DNA of 61,703 nucleotides, counting the filler, from Dugesia japonica (taxonomy: Eukaryota), in NCBI GenBank assembly GCA_001938525.1. It is 6 parts of 6 records of this genome, joined end to end, with 100 filler letters (N's around TTAATTAATTAA, not from the genome) between each part and the next. Parts side by side here need not be neighbours in the genome. Positions count along the whole stretch, not along the records: positions 1 to 9,691 come from MQRL01565375.1; positions 9,792 to 18,594 come from MQRL01625626.1; 4 more parts are not named here. The stretch is one strand, 5' to 3'. This document shows, piece by piece, positions 1-11,823 of the stretch (the stretch's first letter is position 1; each line of letters begins with the position of its first letter). The notes beneath the pieces were generated by a model. The model was not told the origin of the DNA and ran no database searches. It saw only the letters and a list, made by a program, of their open reading frames with translations. Position numbers and translations under genes: made by a program.

Positions 1-967
1 TTAAGGCTCGAATTGTCATCCCCATTTCTTTAGCTATAGTTGAATCTTTTAAATTTGGATTTTCTAAATGTAATACTTGGTATCTAGTTGCTAAACAAAT
101 TTTCTCTGATTTAACAAAATGGTTTAGATCAAATGATTTAGAACAATTAACAAAGTCAACAGCACTAACACACAAATTCTTTCTACTTTCTGTAGTCATT
201 TTCCTTTAGTGATAAAATAAGGTTTTTATAAAGAATAAATAAATATGGGAATAAACAAATAAATATACAAATAATAATTACTAAAAATATTATTACATGT
301 TTTTGATTTTTATATTTTATTTTTAAATTATNAATAACANTATCNCACAAATCTTTTNTCNTTTTTCTTTAGTGATAAAATAANGTTTNTAAAAGGAATA
401 AATAAATATGGAAGTAAGCAAATAAATATACNATTAATAATTAATAAAAATATTATTANATGTTTTTGATTTTTACATTTTATATTTAAATTATCAACAT
501 TTATTATATAATCAATTATTACTTTTGAATCTACTTCTACAGTCATTTCTTTAAAGTAATTTGTTAAAGTGATTGTTTTGTAATATTTTTTGATCTTCTA
601 ATAGCACTTAATATTATTTTATTTCTTTGTTTATTATTTTCAGTTTTATTTAAAGCAGTTATTCTTTTATTTTTCCTTCATCATATTCATTTGTTCTCTC
701 CAGTTCTTCTTTTAAAGTTTCATTTTCTATTGCTTAATCATAAATTGTATTTCCTGCCATATTCATTGCTTCTTCAAATAATTTAAATTTAGGATACACA
801 TATTTTAATATTACATTTTGTTTTTTTATTGAAGAATTTAAAACTGTAATATAATTTTTTTTAATTTATTCATAAATTGAGGATTTTGTTTTATATCATC
901 AATAATCTCATCCATTTTTCTAAAGACTAAAAATAAAATCTAAATTTTAAAATTAAGCTGATAACCC

Positions 968-1100
968 AAGTAGTGTATAAATGACGGTTTCCCTATAATT
1001 GTTTATTTATATTTACAATAAATTACTTTATCCCATTACAGATCGTAAGGTAAATGAAAGGGTACAACCTTGTCAGAAAACCGTCATTTATACACTACTT
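968..1100. repeat. 23-bp perfect inverted repeat around an 87-bp spacer, with AGTAGT...ACTACT ends
   Basis: AAGTAGTGTATAAATGACGGTTT at 968-990; its exact reverse complement at 1078-1100. Confidence 0.9.
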
Positions 1101-1315
1101 ACATATACTTTATCAAGATTATTTATTTCACTAGTAATTTTATTATTTAACTTGTATTCAAAAGGTTTAGCTACTTTTGCTTCAGTATGCTTAATTACAT
1201 CTTCTTAATTAAAATCACTTGATTGAATAGTTGAACCAGATTTACTTGTAGGAATAAAAGTAATCATTTTTTCAATAGTGTTTCCACATCTGAGTAAATA
1301 GAGTCAATAATTTTG

Positions 1316-1675
1316 TCAAAAGAAATATCTGTATTGTTTAACATATATAAAACATAAAGGCATAAAATACCGCCATATATTTTTATCGTTTGGTACTTGT
1401 ATTTTGTTATAAAAATACTTTTCTTTTAAAATAGCTTCTACTTCATCTGTTGGCTTAATACCGTATGAATCAATGTAAATTAAACGATCTTTAAAACAAA
1501 CCCAATGAGATCCGTTTTTATTTGAGCTATGGTTATTAATAATTACATTGTGTTTCTTAGTTGTTTTTAATTTATAAAGCTCGTCATTCATAAATATTTT
1601 AACAGGTAAATTTAATTTAATAGAATATTCTTTTAGATCAAAATTTGTTTTAGTATTAATACTAAATGTTTTCAA
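1316..1675 (-). pseudogene. Polinton adenain-like cysteine (maturation) protease
   Basis: INNHSSNKNGSHWVCF...YIDSYG...YNKIQ; the region of the catalytic Cys is frameshifted. Confidence 0.85.
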
Positions 1676-1738
1676 TAAATCAAGTATTGATTAGTAAATC
1701 GCTTCACGATTTATTGCTAAATAATTCATTTTATTTTA

Positions 1739-2440
1739 TTAAACCTGTTTTATATGTAAAAATATACTAATAGTTTCGCCGTTAAAATCTATTAAACTAT
1801 TATATTCGTCAACAACAGAAATCCTTATTGATTCAATTAACTTTTTAGTTACAGGAATATAAATAGGATTANNNNNNNNNNNNNNNNNTTTAAAACCAAA
1901 AGGTACAGTGTTTATAGGAAAAGAATATAAAACATTTTCTTCTTTTCCGTTAACATAACTACCTTTAATTAAATCACAAGTAATATTTATTATTTGAATA
2001 TTATTAACACTTGTATATTTTCTTCCCGTATTATAAATTCCCGGACTAAATCCAAGAATTGTATTAAAGAAAGATGTATTTTCAATGAGTAATATTTGAT
2101 CTTTTGGAAAAGTTAATTCACCTTTCGATGCAGATAAATCAACTTTAATTTCTATTTTAAATATTCTAAGTTTTTCATTTAATTCTTTGATTTCATATGC
2201 ACCGGGAATAATTGTGATTACTTTATCATTTAATTGAAAATTATTATTTGAATTATTAATATTGAATATAGTATTATAACGACTAAACTATAATAATCCT
2301 TATTCATAATTAAAGTCTTTATTTAATTCTATAGGTGTAGGAAAATCAATTTTAAATTCAGATGTTTTTTATTGTGCTGAGATAGTTGTCGAAAATTTTG
2401 AACTCATTAAATTAATTAGCTTTTCCATTTCTTTTTCCAT
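1739..2440 (-). pseudogene. Polinton minor capsid (penton) protein, absent from the ORF track
   Basis: Manual translation: FPTPIEL..YE..YNTIFNI..IPGAYEI; ITCDLIKGSYVNG..VLYSF; YIPVTKKLIESIRISVVDEYNSLIDFNGETISIFL. Internal stops present. Confidence 0.85.
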
Positions 2441-2479
2441 TTTGTATTATTATTATTTGCTTAAAAAATTGAAATTTTT

Positions 2480-3337
2480 TATTATTTAATTTTCTTTAAA
2501 AGGTAATTATATTTATCTGTTGAAATCAAATTATTAGTTCTTAATTTACTAAGAATACTTTTAATTTGTTGATCAACATTATTATGTCCAGCTTTTTGTG
2601 CAGCAAATAATTTATTTAATTCTATAAATAGATTTATAGGATTATCTTCACCTTCATCATCACTAATTGAATTTAAATGATTTAATGCTCTTCCTTCTCA
2701 ATTATTGGTCCATCATTAGATAATGCATAATGTTTTAAACTTTTTATATAATTACTTGCTGCAGATAATTTACATAAAGATAATAAATTTAAATATTTCT
2801 TAATTTCATCTTTATTAATCGAGTTTTTGCATAAAATTAAGTTCTCTAAATCATTTGTAAATTGAATTTCTAAATTATGTGTTTTAGAAAATAAATATAA
2901 TATTCCGTTTCTTTTATAAAGAATAAAAGAATGATCATTAATAGTTATAATTCTATAATTAACATTGTTTATTTTATCAATTGTAAATATAGGAGAAATG
3001 GTTTTCGTTATTGAATTAGTAATATCTTGTTTCATATCAATTGGTTCATAATTATCAAAATCAATTAATAATGGTTGCTGTTGTTGTCGTTCTTTTTTTT
3101 ATCTTTAATAGCTAGTTTAGTTTGTTTAGTATTTTCAATTGAAGCTAGTTGTGTTGTTAATAATGTTTTATCTATTCTTTCAAACACTTTTAATGTAGGT
3201 GTTTGCTGTTGAGTTAAAATATCATTTAAAATTGTTGATTCAGTTTTTTCAGATAATTCTTTATTATTATATTTATATTTATTGTTATTTATATTTATTA
3301 TTAATTGTTTTAATAAAGTAATTCTATCTTCATACAT
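2480..3337 (-). pseudogene. Conserved Polinton uncharacterised protein (fragmented)
   Basis: C-terminal DNPINLFIELNKLFAAQKAGHNNVDQQIKSILSKL resembles the DPNEL..RL.LL.AS..AGNN motif typical of these elements. Confidence 0.55.
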
Positions 3338-3369
3338 TTTTAAATATCTAGTAATTTAATAAGGCCTCA

Positions 3370-3913
3370 TATATATTCCTTAACCATGCTTTGATTCTTT
3401 TATTTTAACTATTCCACTTAATTTTAATTTTTTACCTGTTTCATTTATTGTTGATTTTACTGAATCGTCTAAGTTTGATTGATTAATTAAATTCTTTATA
3501 AAATTATATATTCCTTTTCCTTGATAAGGATTTAAAAAAATTTCGTTACCTTTATAACTTTCAACGATTGCGTTACCATTGTAACTAATGCTTTTTCCTT
3601 TAAACGGCTGAACAGTTTTATTTCCTGCCTATTTTAATTGCTTTAATTCTTCTTCAACCTTTTGTCTTTCTACACCTAATTTTGAAGCTTCTCTCGCTTT
3701 AGAAACATTTGTTGAAACTCCGCCAGAAATACCAGCGATTATTGCAGGAATTAATGTTAATAGCGGTAATATGCCCTCTTCTTTAGCTTCTTCGTTTTTA
3801 ATTGCTTCTTTTACATTCTTACCGATCCAATACTTTTTATTATCTATTAAAACGGATTTTGATTTATTAGAATCTATTAATTCTTTAAATTCAGTTTCAG
3901 TTATATTAGTCAT
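3370..3913 (-). pseudogene. Adenovirus pX/mu-like core protein
   Basis: EEGILPLLTLIPAIIAGISGG motif, plus downstream LNPYQGKGI. Confidence 0.6.
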
Positions 3914-3932
3914 TATTTTTAAAAATGATAAA

Positions 3933-4709
3933 ATGAGTGTGGATTTGATCATTTGGAACAAAAGTAAAACATTATTTAATAATAAAATTTTACCAAATAA
4001 TTTAAGATTATTAATTATTGGTTCTTCTGGTTGTAGAAAGAATGTATTATTAATGAAGATATTATTAGCTGATGATTTGATGGATTATAACAATTTAATA
4101 TTTTATTCTCCAACTATAAATCAAATTGAATTACAAATATTAAAAGAAGGTTTAGAGAATAATTTAACTTAGAAAGCTATTTTAAATATATTTAATAATC
4201 AAGAAAGAATATCTGATGAAGTAAAAACTGCGTATAGTATTGTTGAATGGTATAAAGAAAATACTATTAATTCCGATATAAGAAATAAAAATGAATATAT
4301 AAATGAGGAAAATAAAATTGATGTTACATTTTCTAATAAACCTGAAGATATTATTTATTGTGATAATCTTCCTAAAAATAAAAAGAATTTAGTTATATTT
4401 GATCATGTTATAATTATGAAAAATCAAGATATTCAAAAATCTTATTTAATAATTAATAATTGTAATGTTATTTATATATCTCAAACTTTTTACGCTTTAG
4501 ATAAAAACTCGATTAGAAATAATTCTAATTGTTTCATATTTTTCAAATTAAACAAAAGAGATAAAGATATGGTTTATCAAGATTTAATTAGTAATATCGA
4601 ACCAGATAACTTATCCTTTGATAATTTTATTAGAAATCACTGGAAAGATAAGTATAATTATATCTATTTAGATAGAGAAAAAGAAGAGATTATTAAAGAT
4701 TTGTTTTAA
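3933..4709 (+). pseudogene. Polinton packaging ATPase (A32/FtsK-like)
   Basis: Degenerate Walker A RLLIIGSSGCRK, Walker B LVIFDH, and IYISQTFY..IRNNSN. One in-frame stop at 4170. Confidence 0.88.
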
Positions 4710-5583
4710 AAACTAGTTTTTAGTAATTCATTATCATAAAACCTTCCTCATATATCTTCATTATTTAAATCAGTTATTCCATATTCAATTGGTTTAGTAT
4801 GATAAACTTTAGTTATTATAAAAATTTCATTAGTAAATTTTTTTGTATACCCTTTTTTGAATTTATCTTTATATTTGAATACTCTTACTTTATCACCTAT
4901 TTGAAACTTTTGTTTAAATTCAAGATTTTTGTTTTCATTGTTGTGTTTATTTATTGCATCTTAAATTTTCTCAGTATTTTCTGATGCTTCTTTTGGTGAT
5001 AACTTAATACTACTATGAATTGAATTATTATATTCATTAACTATTTTATCTAATAANNNNNNNNNNNNNNNNNNNNNNNNNNNNNNNNNNNNNNNNNNNN
5101 NNNNNNNNNNNNNNNNNNNNNNNNNNNNNNNNNNNNNNNNNNNNNNNNNNNNNNNNNNNNNNNNNNNNNNNNNNNNNNNNNNNNNNNNNNNNNNNNNNNN
5201 NNNNNNNNNNNNNNNNNNNNNNNNNNNNNNNNNNNNNNNNNNNNNNNNNAATCTGGTATTCTATTATTTTCTTCAAATATATTTTCATAAGCTTCTTTTA
5301 AAGATTCTTGAGTTTTATTTATCATTGGTATGCAAAAAGCATATCTTGTATATAAATCGATACAAACTAGATCATAACGAAACTTTTCCTGATCGGCGGA
5401 TTTTTTAACCATATCTGCAATATCGCATCCCGATGTGTGATCTTTATTATATTTTTGTACTTTTAAAAATCTTTTTGTTTTTCTATACTCATGATGTAAT
5501 TCCGCTGCATAATTTAATTGATCTTCTTGAGGTTCAATAATTTTAGTATCGTTTTCAATTTTTTTCTTGGACTGACTGTTCAA
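4706..5583 (-). pseudogene. Polinton rve integrase
   Basis: AAELHH..DIADM..FRYDLVCIDLYTRYAF; C-terminal YNNSIHSSIKLSP and EIFII.KV..TKPIEY.ITDL..GRFYDNEL. Interrupted by an N gap. Confidence 0.9.
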
Positions 5584-6207
5584 TAATCATTTGATTAGTT
5601 ATATCTTTTGCAGACCTAGGTCTTAGGTGTTGTGACACTGTCATTCTATTTAAACCTCCTCCAACTAATATTTTGACTTTCACGGCTAATTTAACTAAAG
5701 CTCTTTGAATCTTTTCTTTAAATGAGGGATTTTCAATATTATTTAAATCATGAATTAAATTTACATCAGCAATATGTCTATCTCTTAAATCTTTTGATTC
5801 ATAAGCAATATCGTGTTTTAATGTTGCAGGGTCAACTTTATTTATTGGTTCTTCTCCTGGTAAATATTATTATTTTCATCTAATCTAATATCTAATCTTG
5901 TATTTGGTCCAGTATAATTATGTCTAAATAAATGTCTTTCACCAGGATATTTTTCAGTAATAAATGGTTTTAATAATAATGAAGTATTTTTAGAAGATTG
6001 AATATCTCCACCAGTTTTCTTCCAAGGAAATTTATTAACTACGGATTTGTCAAATTCTTTTAGTTTATTTGATGACGTTTTTATAATTATTTTTCCAACA
6101 GGTGAATTAAGATTTCTAATATGTTTATCTGTTTTTTCATGTCTAGTTTTATGTTTAAGTAAAGTAGAAGAATTACAAACATTAGAATACCAACTTTGTT
6201 CATTCAT
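5555..6207 (-). pseudogene. Parvovirus-type phospholipase A2 domain protein (PLA2X-like)
   Basis: Ca-loop HNYTGPNT and, after a frameshift near 5860, PINKVDPATLKHDIAY..RHIAD with an intact HD dyad. Confidence 0.85.
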
Positions 6208-6239
6208 TTTTATAAAAATTAGGCATCTCCTCTAACATC

Positions 6240-7468
6240 TTTTATTCTACCTATTTTTTCTCAACTTAATCTCATTTCAATTTTCTTTTCTTTAAGAATT
6301 AAACAATATAATTTAGCTTTGAAACCTGTATCTTTTGTACAATGTAAAGTGACATCAACATTATTAATCGCCAATTTATCGTCTTGTGCTGACGTATCAA
6401 TACAAAATATGGGATATAATTTATTNNNNNNNNNNNNNNNNNNNNNNNNNNNNNNNNNAAATTCTTTACAACAATTTACATATGAACTAAAAGGAAATAA
6501 CATTTCGTTATTTGCTACATTAAACTCCATTCTATTCACTGGATAATATGTATTATTTAACTGTATTTGTATCGATTTTAAACTATTTGTTTAATCTTTA
6601 ACTATAAATAAATTATTATTCTTTTGCATAGAAATATCTGTAATTTTAAAACCAATTAAAATATATCTTGGTCTATAAGCTAAATTTGCTAATTTAACAG
6701 AATATGTTGATCCATATTCTATTTTAGAACAAATTCTATTCAAATAATTTGCATATATTAATTTATTTGTATTTAATCTTTCTAATAGACCTACTTCTGA
6801 TCTTGGATTAAGCATCCACTCAGGTATGTGTAATTCTATCGTTGATAACTTTAAACTAGCTGTTAATTTGTTTGTTACATAAAATAGAAGTGTGTCTTTT
6901 ACTTGTCTGTTGCATATTAATTCTATAAATACATTATGTAGCACTCTATCATAATTCTGTAGAAATCCAAATAAATATTTTATATCAAAATATCCTTCAA
7001 ATTTCTTTGTGGCATTATATAATAATTTCCTGTAACATCATTTGTTAAGGTACTGTTATCTGGAATCCATCCAGTCATTTCACCATACTCTTTTTTATAA
7101 TCAGAATCAGTTAAAATAAAATTTAACATAGATGAATATACTCCTGGATTTAAAACTGATTCTACTTCTGTTGAACCTAATTTCAATCTNATATTACTAA
7201 ATAAATTAGNAAAGAAATTATTTTCTAAAGTTATATCATCTTTATCTGTAGTAAGAGTTATTTCAATTTTATAATATAATCGTGCATTACAAATATCTAA
7301 AAGATTTGATGATTTTAATGGTTGAAAAACAATATCTCCTGATTTATTTAAGTTAAAAATCGAGCCAGATGTTGGAAAAATCTTTAATATATCATTTTTC
7401 TTTATATCATGTTTAAATTCTTTATTATAATTTAAATTAAGCTTGGATTTCTGTTCAGATGTAGTCAT
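6240..7468 (-). pseudogene. Polinton major capsid protein (double jelly-roll)
   Basis: LNKSGDIVF..LLDICNARLY..LENNF..LFS..RLKLG; RPRYILIGF; YPIFCIDTSAQ. Split across three ORFs. Confidence 0.8.
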
Positions 7469-8699
7469 TTTCTTAAATTCAAAAAAAATAAAAGGAATTT
7501 ATATTAATTTATTTATAGTAACTAAAAATAAACAAGTGTTTTATTTTTATTTAAAAATTAGCATACAAAATATGTTATTTTTAATTTATATTTGATTATT
7601 TGTTTTTATTAATTTAATAAATAATTAATTGATGTTTTCAACGAAAAATAAAAGAATTGTTTAGTAGAAATATTAATCTTTTTAATCTAAATAAAAATTT
7701 TATCAAAATCATTAATATCAAAATTATATGCAAATAACTTTGTTATTATTTTAAAACATGAATATTACATTTATACAAATTAAAGTTTATATAATTAGAG
7801 AGTTTGTTGAAGTAGAAGGCCCTCGATGGATACAATCTCTCTAAAACTCGCTTCTGAGGCTTGGTGTTTGCAAGACGAAAAATTTAACGCCTTGTTAAAG
7901 AAGTTTATGATTCTGATTTACGTGTTTACTGTAACAGAAATTGCTTGCATGTAAATTAGATGATTAACGATGCATGAGAACGGTTCTTAAAAATAACTCA
8001 CCATCTCATTCATTGGAGGTTTGTCAATTTATAAATAAAATTTATGTTTAGAAAAAATATTTTATTGTTTTAATCAAGTTATATTTAATGTTTAATGTTA
8101 TTTTTATATTAATTTCAATATAATCGATAATTAAATGAACTTTGTTAAATAACTTTTCAATAAAAAAATATTTTTAGAACTTGAATAATTAAATTTTGAT
8201 ACAAAAATGTATTTTTAGATTTATTAAATTATTTTAATTCACTTTTTTATTATTATTTTAAGATTTATCATTTTTAAATATTTTAAAGCTAAAATTTCGA
8301 AAAATATAATTATTTTTTATTAATAAATTTTCTGTATAGTGTAGTTAATTTTCGGGATTTTCACTGATTTTATTTTCTCATTCAAAACTTTTATTTTGAT
8401 GCGAAAATTTGAAATTTATTTTAATTTCATTATTTTGTTTTATCCTACTGAAATTAATGAAAATTCGATTTTTCGATGGTTTTGGAGATAAAAAAATTTT
8501 AAAAATTTCAAGGAGCCTCAAAAAAATTTAGAAAATTGGTGTTGTTAAAAGGTCTGTTTTTGCTACTTTTGATTGAAAAAGCTTGAATTTTTCCGGTTCT
8601 AACATATTGATTTTATGTTAAAATAAGGGATGTATCCTCGAAGTACAATTATGGTCAGCATGATGACGTCAAATTGGGACGAAACTTTCAACATAGATA

Positions 8700-9245
8700 G
8701 AGAAAAATAAAGTAAGATAGGAATGTCTCATGAACTCGTATCCTAAAATTCATCCTTCTCTGTTAAAATGATGTTTGAAAATTTATTTATTTTTGATTAC
8801 ATAGTTGGTTACGTAATAATTAAAATGTTTACGTAAACAATTTTCAAATATTTCGGCAGTTTTTTGATTTTCCTGACGTTATTTTCATCGCATAAAAACA
8901 AATTTTGTCTTATTAGACGCACAAAATGAAGCCGTGCAATGTTATGCATTTCAAAATTTATTCGGATGGGCTCTTAAAAGGTTATTAAAGATTTAAATTC
9001 AAGACCAACCCCATTTTAAAAGATATTGACTTGGAATTTGTGGCAATCTTCCTAAATTTAAAAACTACCTATACATCACCTAAAGTACCTGTATCGAAAA
9101 AGACTTTAATTCGCCACAAAGGGTATGTCAGCATGACCCCACCCCCTCCTTTCTTGATGACAGCCAATTATGATGAACATTTATGATTAAATGTAAAATT
9201 AAAAAGTAAGATAGGAATGTCTCATGAACTTGTATCCTAAAATGC
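8700..9245. repeat. ~42-bp direct repeat inside a probable non-autonomous element
   Basis: AAAGTAAGATAGGAATGTCTCATGAACTYGTATCCTAAAAT at ~8709 and ~9203. Confidence 0.6.
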
Positions 9246-9691
9246 TTTCTTCGGGTTGAAAAATGAGAACAAAGAAATTTAGTTTTATGAAGAGTCAAAT
9301 GAAGAGTCAAGTAGAAATATGATATCGCGTTGGACAAAAGATCTTTCGGCGCGGAATTAGACGACGGACAAATTGGTGTATAAAACGATTTGTATCAAAA
9401 TGTAGTTGATTTCGATACAATTTAAACTAAAAAAATACAAATATGAACAAAAATTATTTTTTTTCGTTTTTACTTAGACTACTAATTAAAATAAAAAAAA
9501 ATTTTTAAATAAATATTTATTTAATAACATAATTAACAGTCAATATAATTAAATATTACTGCTGATTTTTCTAAAAGGTCCGAACCTTTAATTATCTGTA
9601 TTTCTGCTTCTACCATGGGTACATCTTCAACTGTTTGTACATCGACTATCATTTCAATATCCTCTTGAATATTTTCTAAGTTATTCATTGT

Positions 9692-9791
9692 NNNNNNNNN
9701 NNNNNNNNNNNNNNNNNNNNNNNNNNNNNNNNNNNTTAATTAATTAANNNNNNNNNNNNNNNNNNNNNNNNNNNNNNNNNNNNNNNNNNNN
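9692..9791. other. Artificial scaffold-joining spacer
   Basis: 44 N + TTAATTAATTAA (stops in all six frames) + 44 N. Confidence 0.97.
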
Positions 9792-11823
9792 GCGAGATCA
9801 AGGTCATCAAATTGCGGTTCAATTATCTGAAAGAAATCAGATAAACATACTTAGAAATTCTACATACTTACTCGAGAAAGACAACAATTCAGTTCAAGAA
9901 GCGGCTGTCATAAATAGACAATCCCAGTAATTGCTTACAGAAATTTCCTATAAATACTCACTCTCCCGAGTATCAGATAGAGACAGAAAATTCTAAAATT
10001 TTCGATTTTCAAAAAATTCATTTCAATCGTTTCCAAGAAGAGGCCGACAACATTTTAAGTTCTCAAAGAAGAATACCATCTATATTCCACAAAGCTCTCG
10101 TCAGTCTCTCATCGTTATCCAATTCTCCAAGAAGATTTCAATCAATTTCCATCAGTCCAAATCCATCTCTCATCCGTCCATGATTACTTGTGCTCCATTT
10201 AGTTTTTATTAATTCAAATCATAAGATGTATTTTATTTGTTATTAGTTATTAAAAATTTAGTTTTTGAAATAATTGTTTTTATTTGTTATACAAACTCCG
10301 ATAAGTAAATTTCAACTTTAATGTATAAAATAAAAACTCAAATAACCCTCTCTAATCTCAATAAATAGAACTGACGATCAATATTATCTTTATGATATTC
10401 ACCATTAGTATTAGTATCATTGTTACTGATTCTTTTAATAGACTCGTTATGAATATTATTATTATGATTTGTATTGTTATTGTCGGGGTATACATGACAA
10501 ATGAGCTCTAATCTCAATTAATTCTCTGACTCTGATCAATAGGTTGCGTCTTTGTCAATTTAGTTTCCAAAATAAGTAATAATTACTGTAAATCGAATCA
10601 GATAAAATTTTCAAATAAATTTTTATTGATTTAACAAAATTTCACACAAAAATTCCACACATAACTGGGTTTTACAAAAAAATGCATTTATTTATATAGT
10701 ACTTTCTACGCACACATACATATGGAATTTACACAAATTTCCAAAAAGTAATCGTATTAACTGAGAATAATTTAACACACACAAAATTGACTTTACAAGT
10801 ATTCTCCAATAAAATATTTCATCAACTAAAATTCGTAAGACAATTATCCAATCAAGTGATTTGGTCAAATCGAAATTCCATCGGTCGCAACAAACTCTAC
10901 ATTTGGGATCGAGCCTCTTTTAAAATTTAAAATAACTCAATTTTCTCAAAATTGTTATTAATCTCTATATATCTTATATATTAAATATTTTATGTTTAAA
11001 TCAATTATTTCATCTAAATTTAATTATTAAAAGTTTTCATAATTTATTTTGCCCGCTTTCTCATCTACAAAAATAATTTCGCATTATTAACTATGATTTG
11101 AGGTTTTAAAATTTATTTGAATTTATATCAATTATCAATTTATGTTTTCCCTTTTAGATACACTCTTATTATCATGAATCAATTTTAAATTGTTTATTTC
11201 ATTATTTTTATTTTACATAATTTGTTTTTTCAATTTTATTTACCATATTATATACATTCAAATTTATATTAATTATTTTATGTGTTTTTATTTGAGCTTT
11301 TGTAGTTTCAAATTCTTATTTTTATTTTATTTTTATTTCTCAACTACTACATTATTANNNNNNNNNNNNNNNNNNNNNNNNNNNNNNNNNNNNNNNNNNN
11401 NNNNNNNNNNNNNNNNNNNNNNNNNNNNNNNNNNNNNNNNNNNNNNNNNNNNNNNNNNNNNNNNNNNNNNNNNNNNNNNNNNNNNNNNNNNNNNNNNNNN
11501 NNNNNNNNNNNNNNNNNNNNNNNNNNNNNNNNNNNNNNNNNNNNNNNNNNNNNAAATATTTCTAATTTTTTAAATATTAAAATTTTTAAAATAGAAGTAT
11601 ACAATATATTAATTCTATTAGCAGAATTCATTAAATTTTAAAAATTAAATATTCAAATATCTATATTAGAAATTTAAAGCTTTAAAAATAAAATTTACCT
11701 TAAAATTACCTCAAATTATCTATTTGCAAAATTCCAATATCATAATTAGCAATATTATAATTAGCATATTGTAGTTAGCAAAATTCCATACACATTTATT
11801 GATTGTTAATTCATACACATTAA

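Larger units (their letters stand above)
1..7500. mobile_element. Decayed Polinton/Maverick (adintovirus-like, PLA2-encoding lineage) structural and integrase module
   Basis: Adjacent protease, minor capsid, pX-like protein, packaging ATPase, rve integrase, PLA2 and major capsid genes, most with stops or frameshifts. No pPolB or outer TIRs seen. Confidence 0.9.

Noticed and set aside
200-490. ~155-bp local duplication with scattered Ns
   Set aside because: Low-quality consensus bases; probably an assembly artefact or trivial duplication.
8655-8695. ATGATGACGTC..GACGAAAC hammerhead-like string
   Set aside because: The first core base is wrong and there is no stem I or III.
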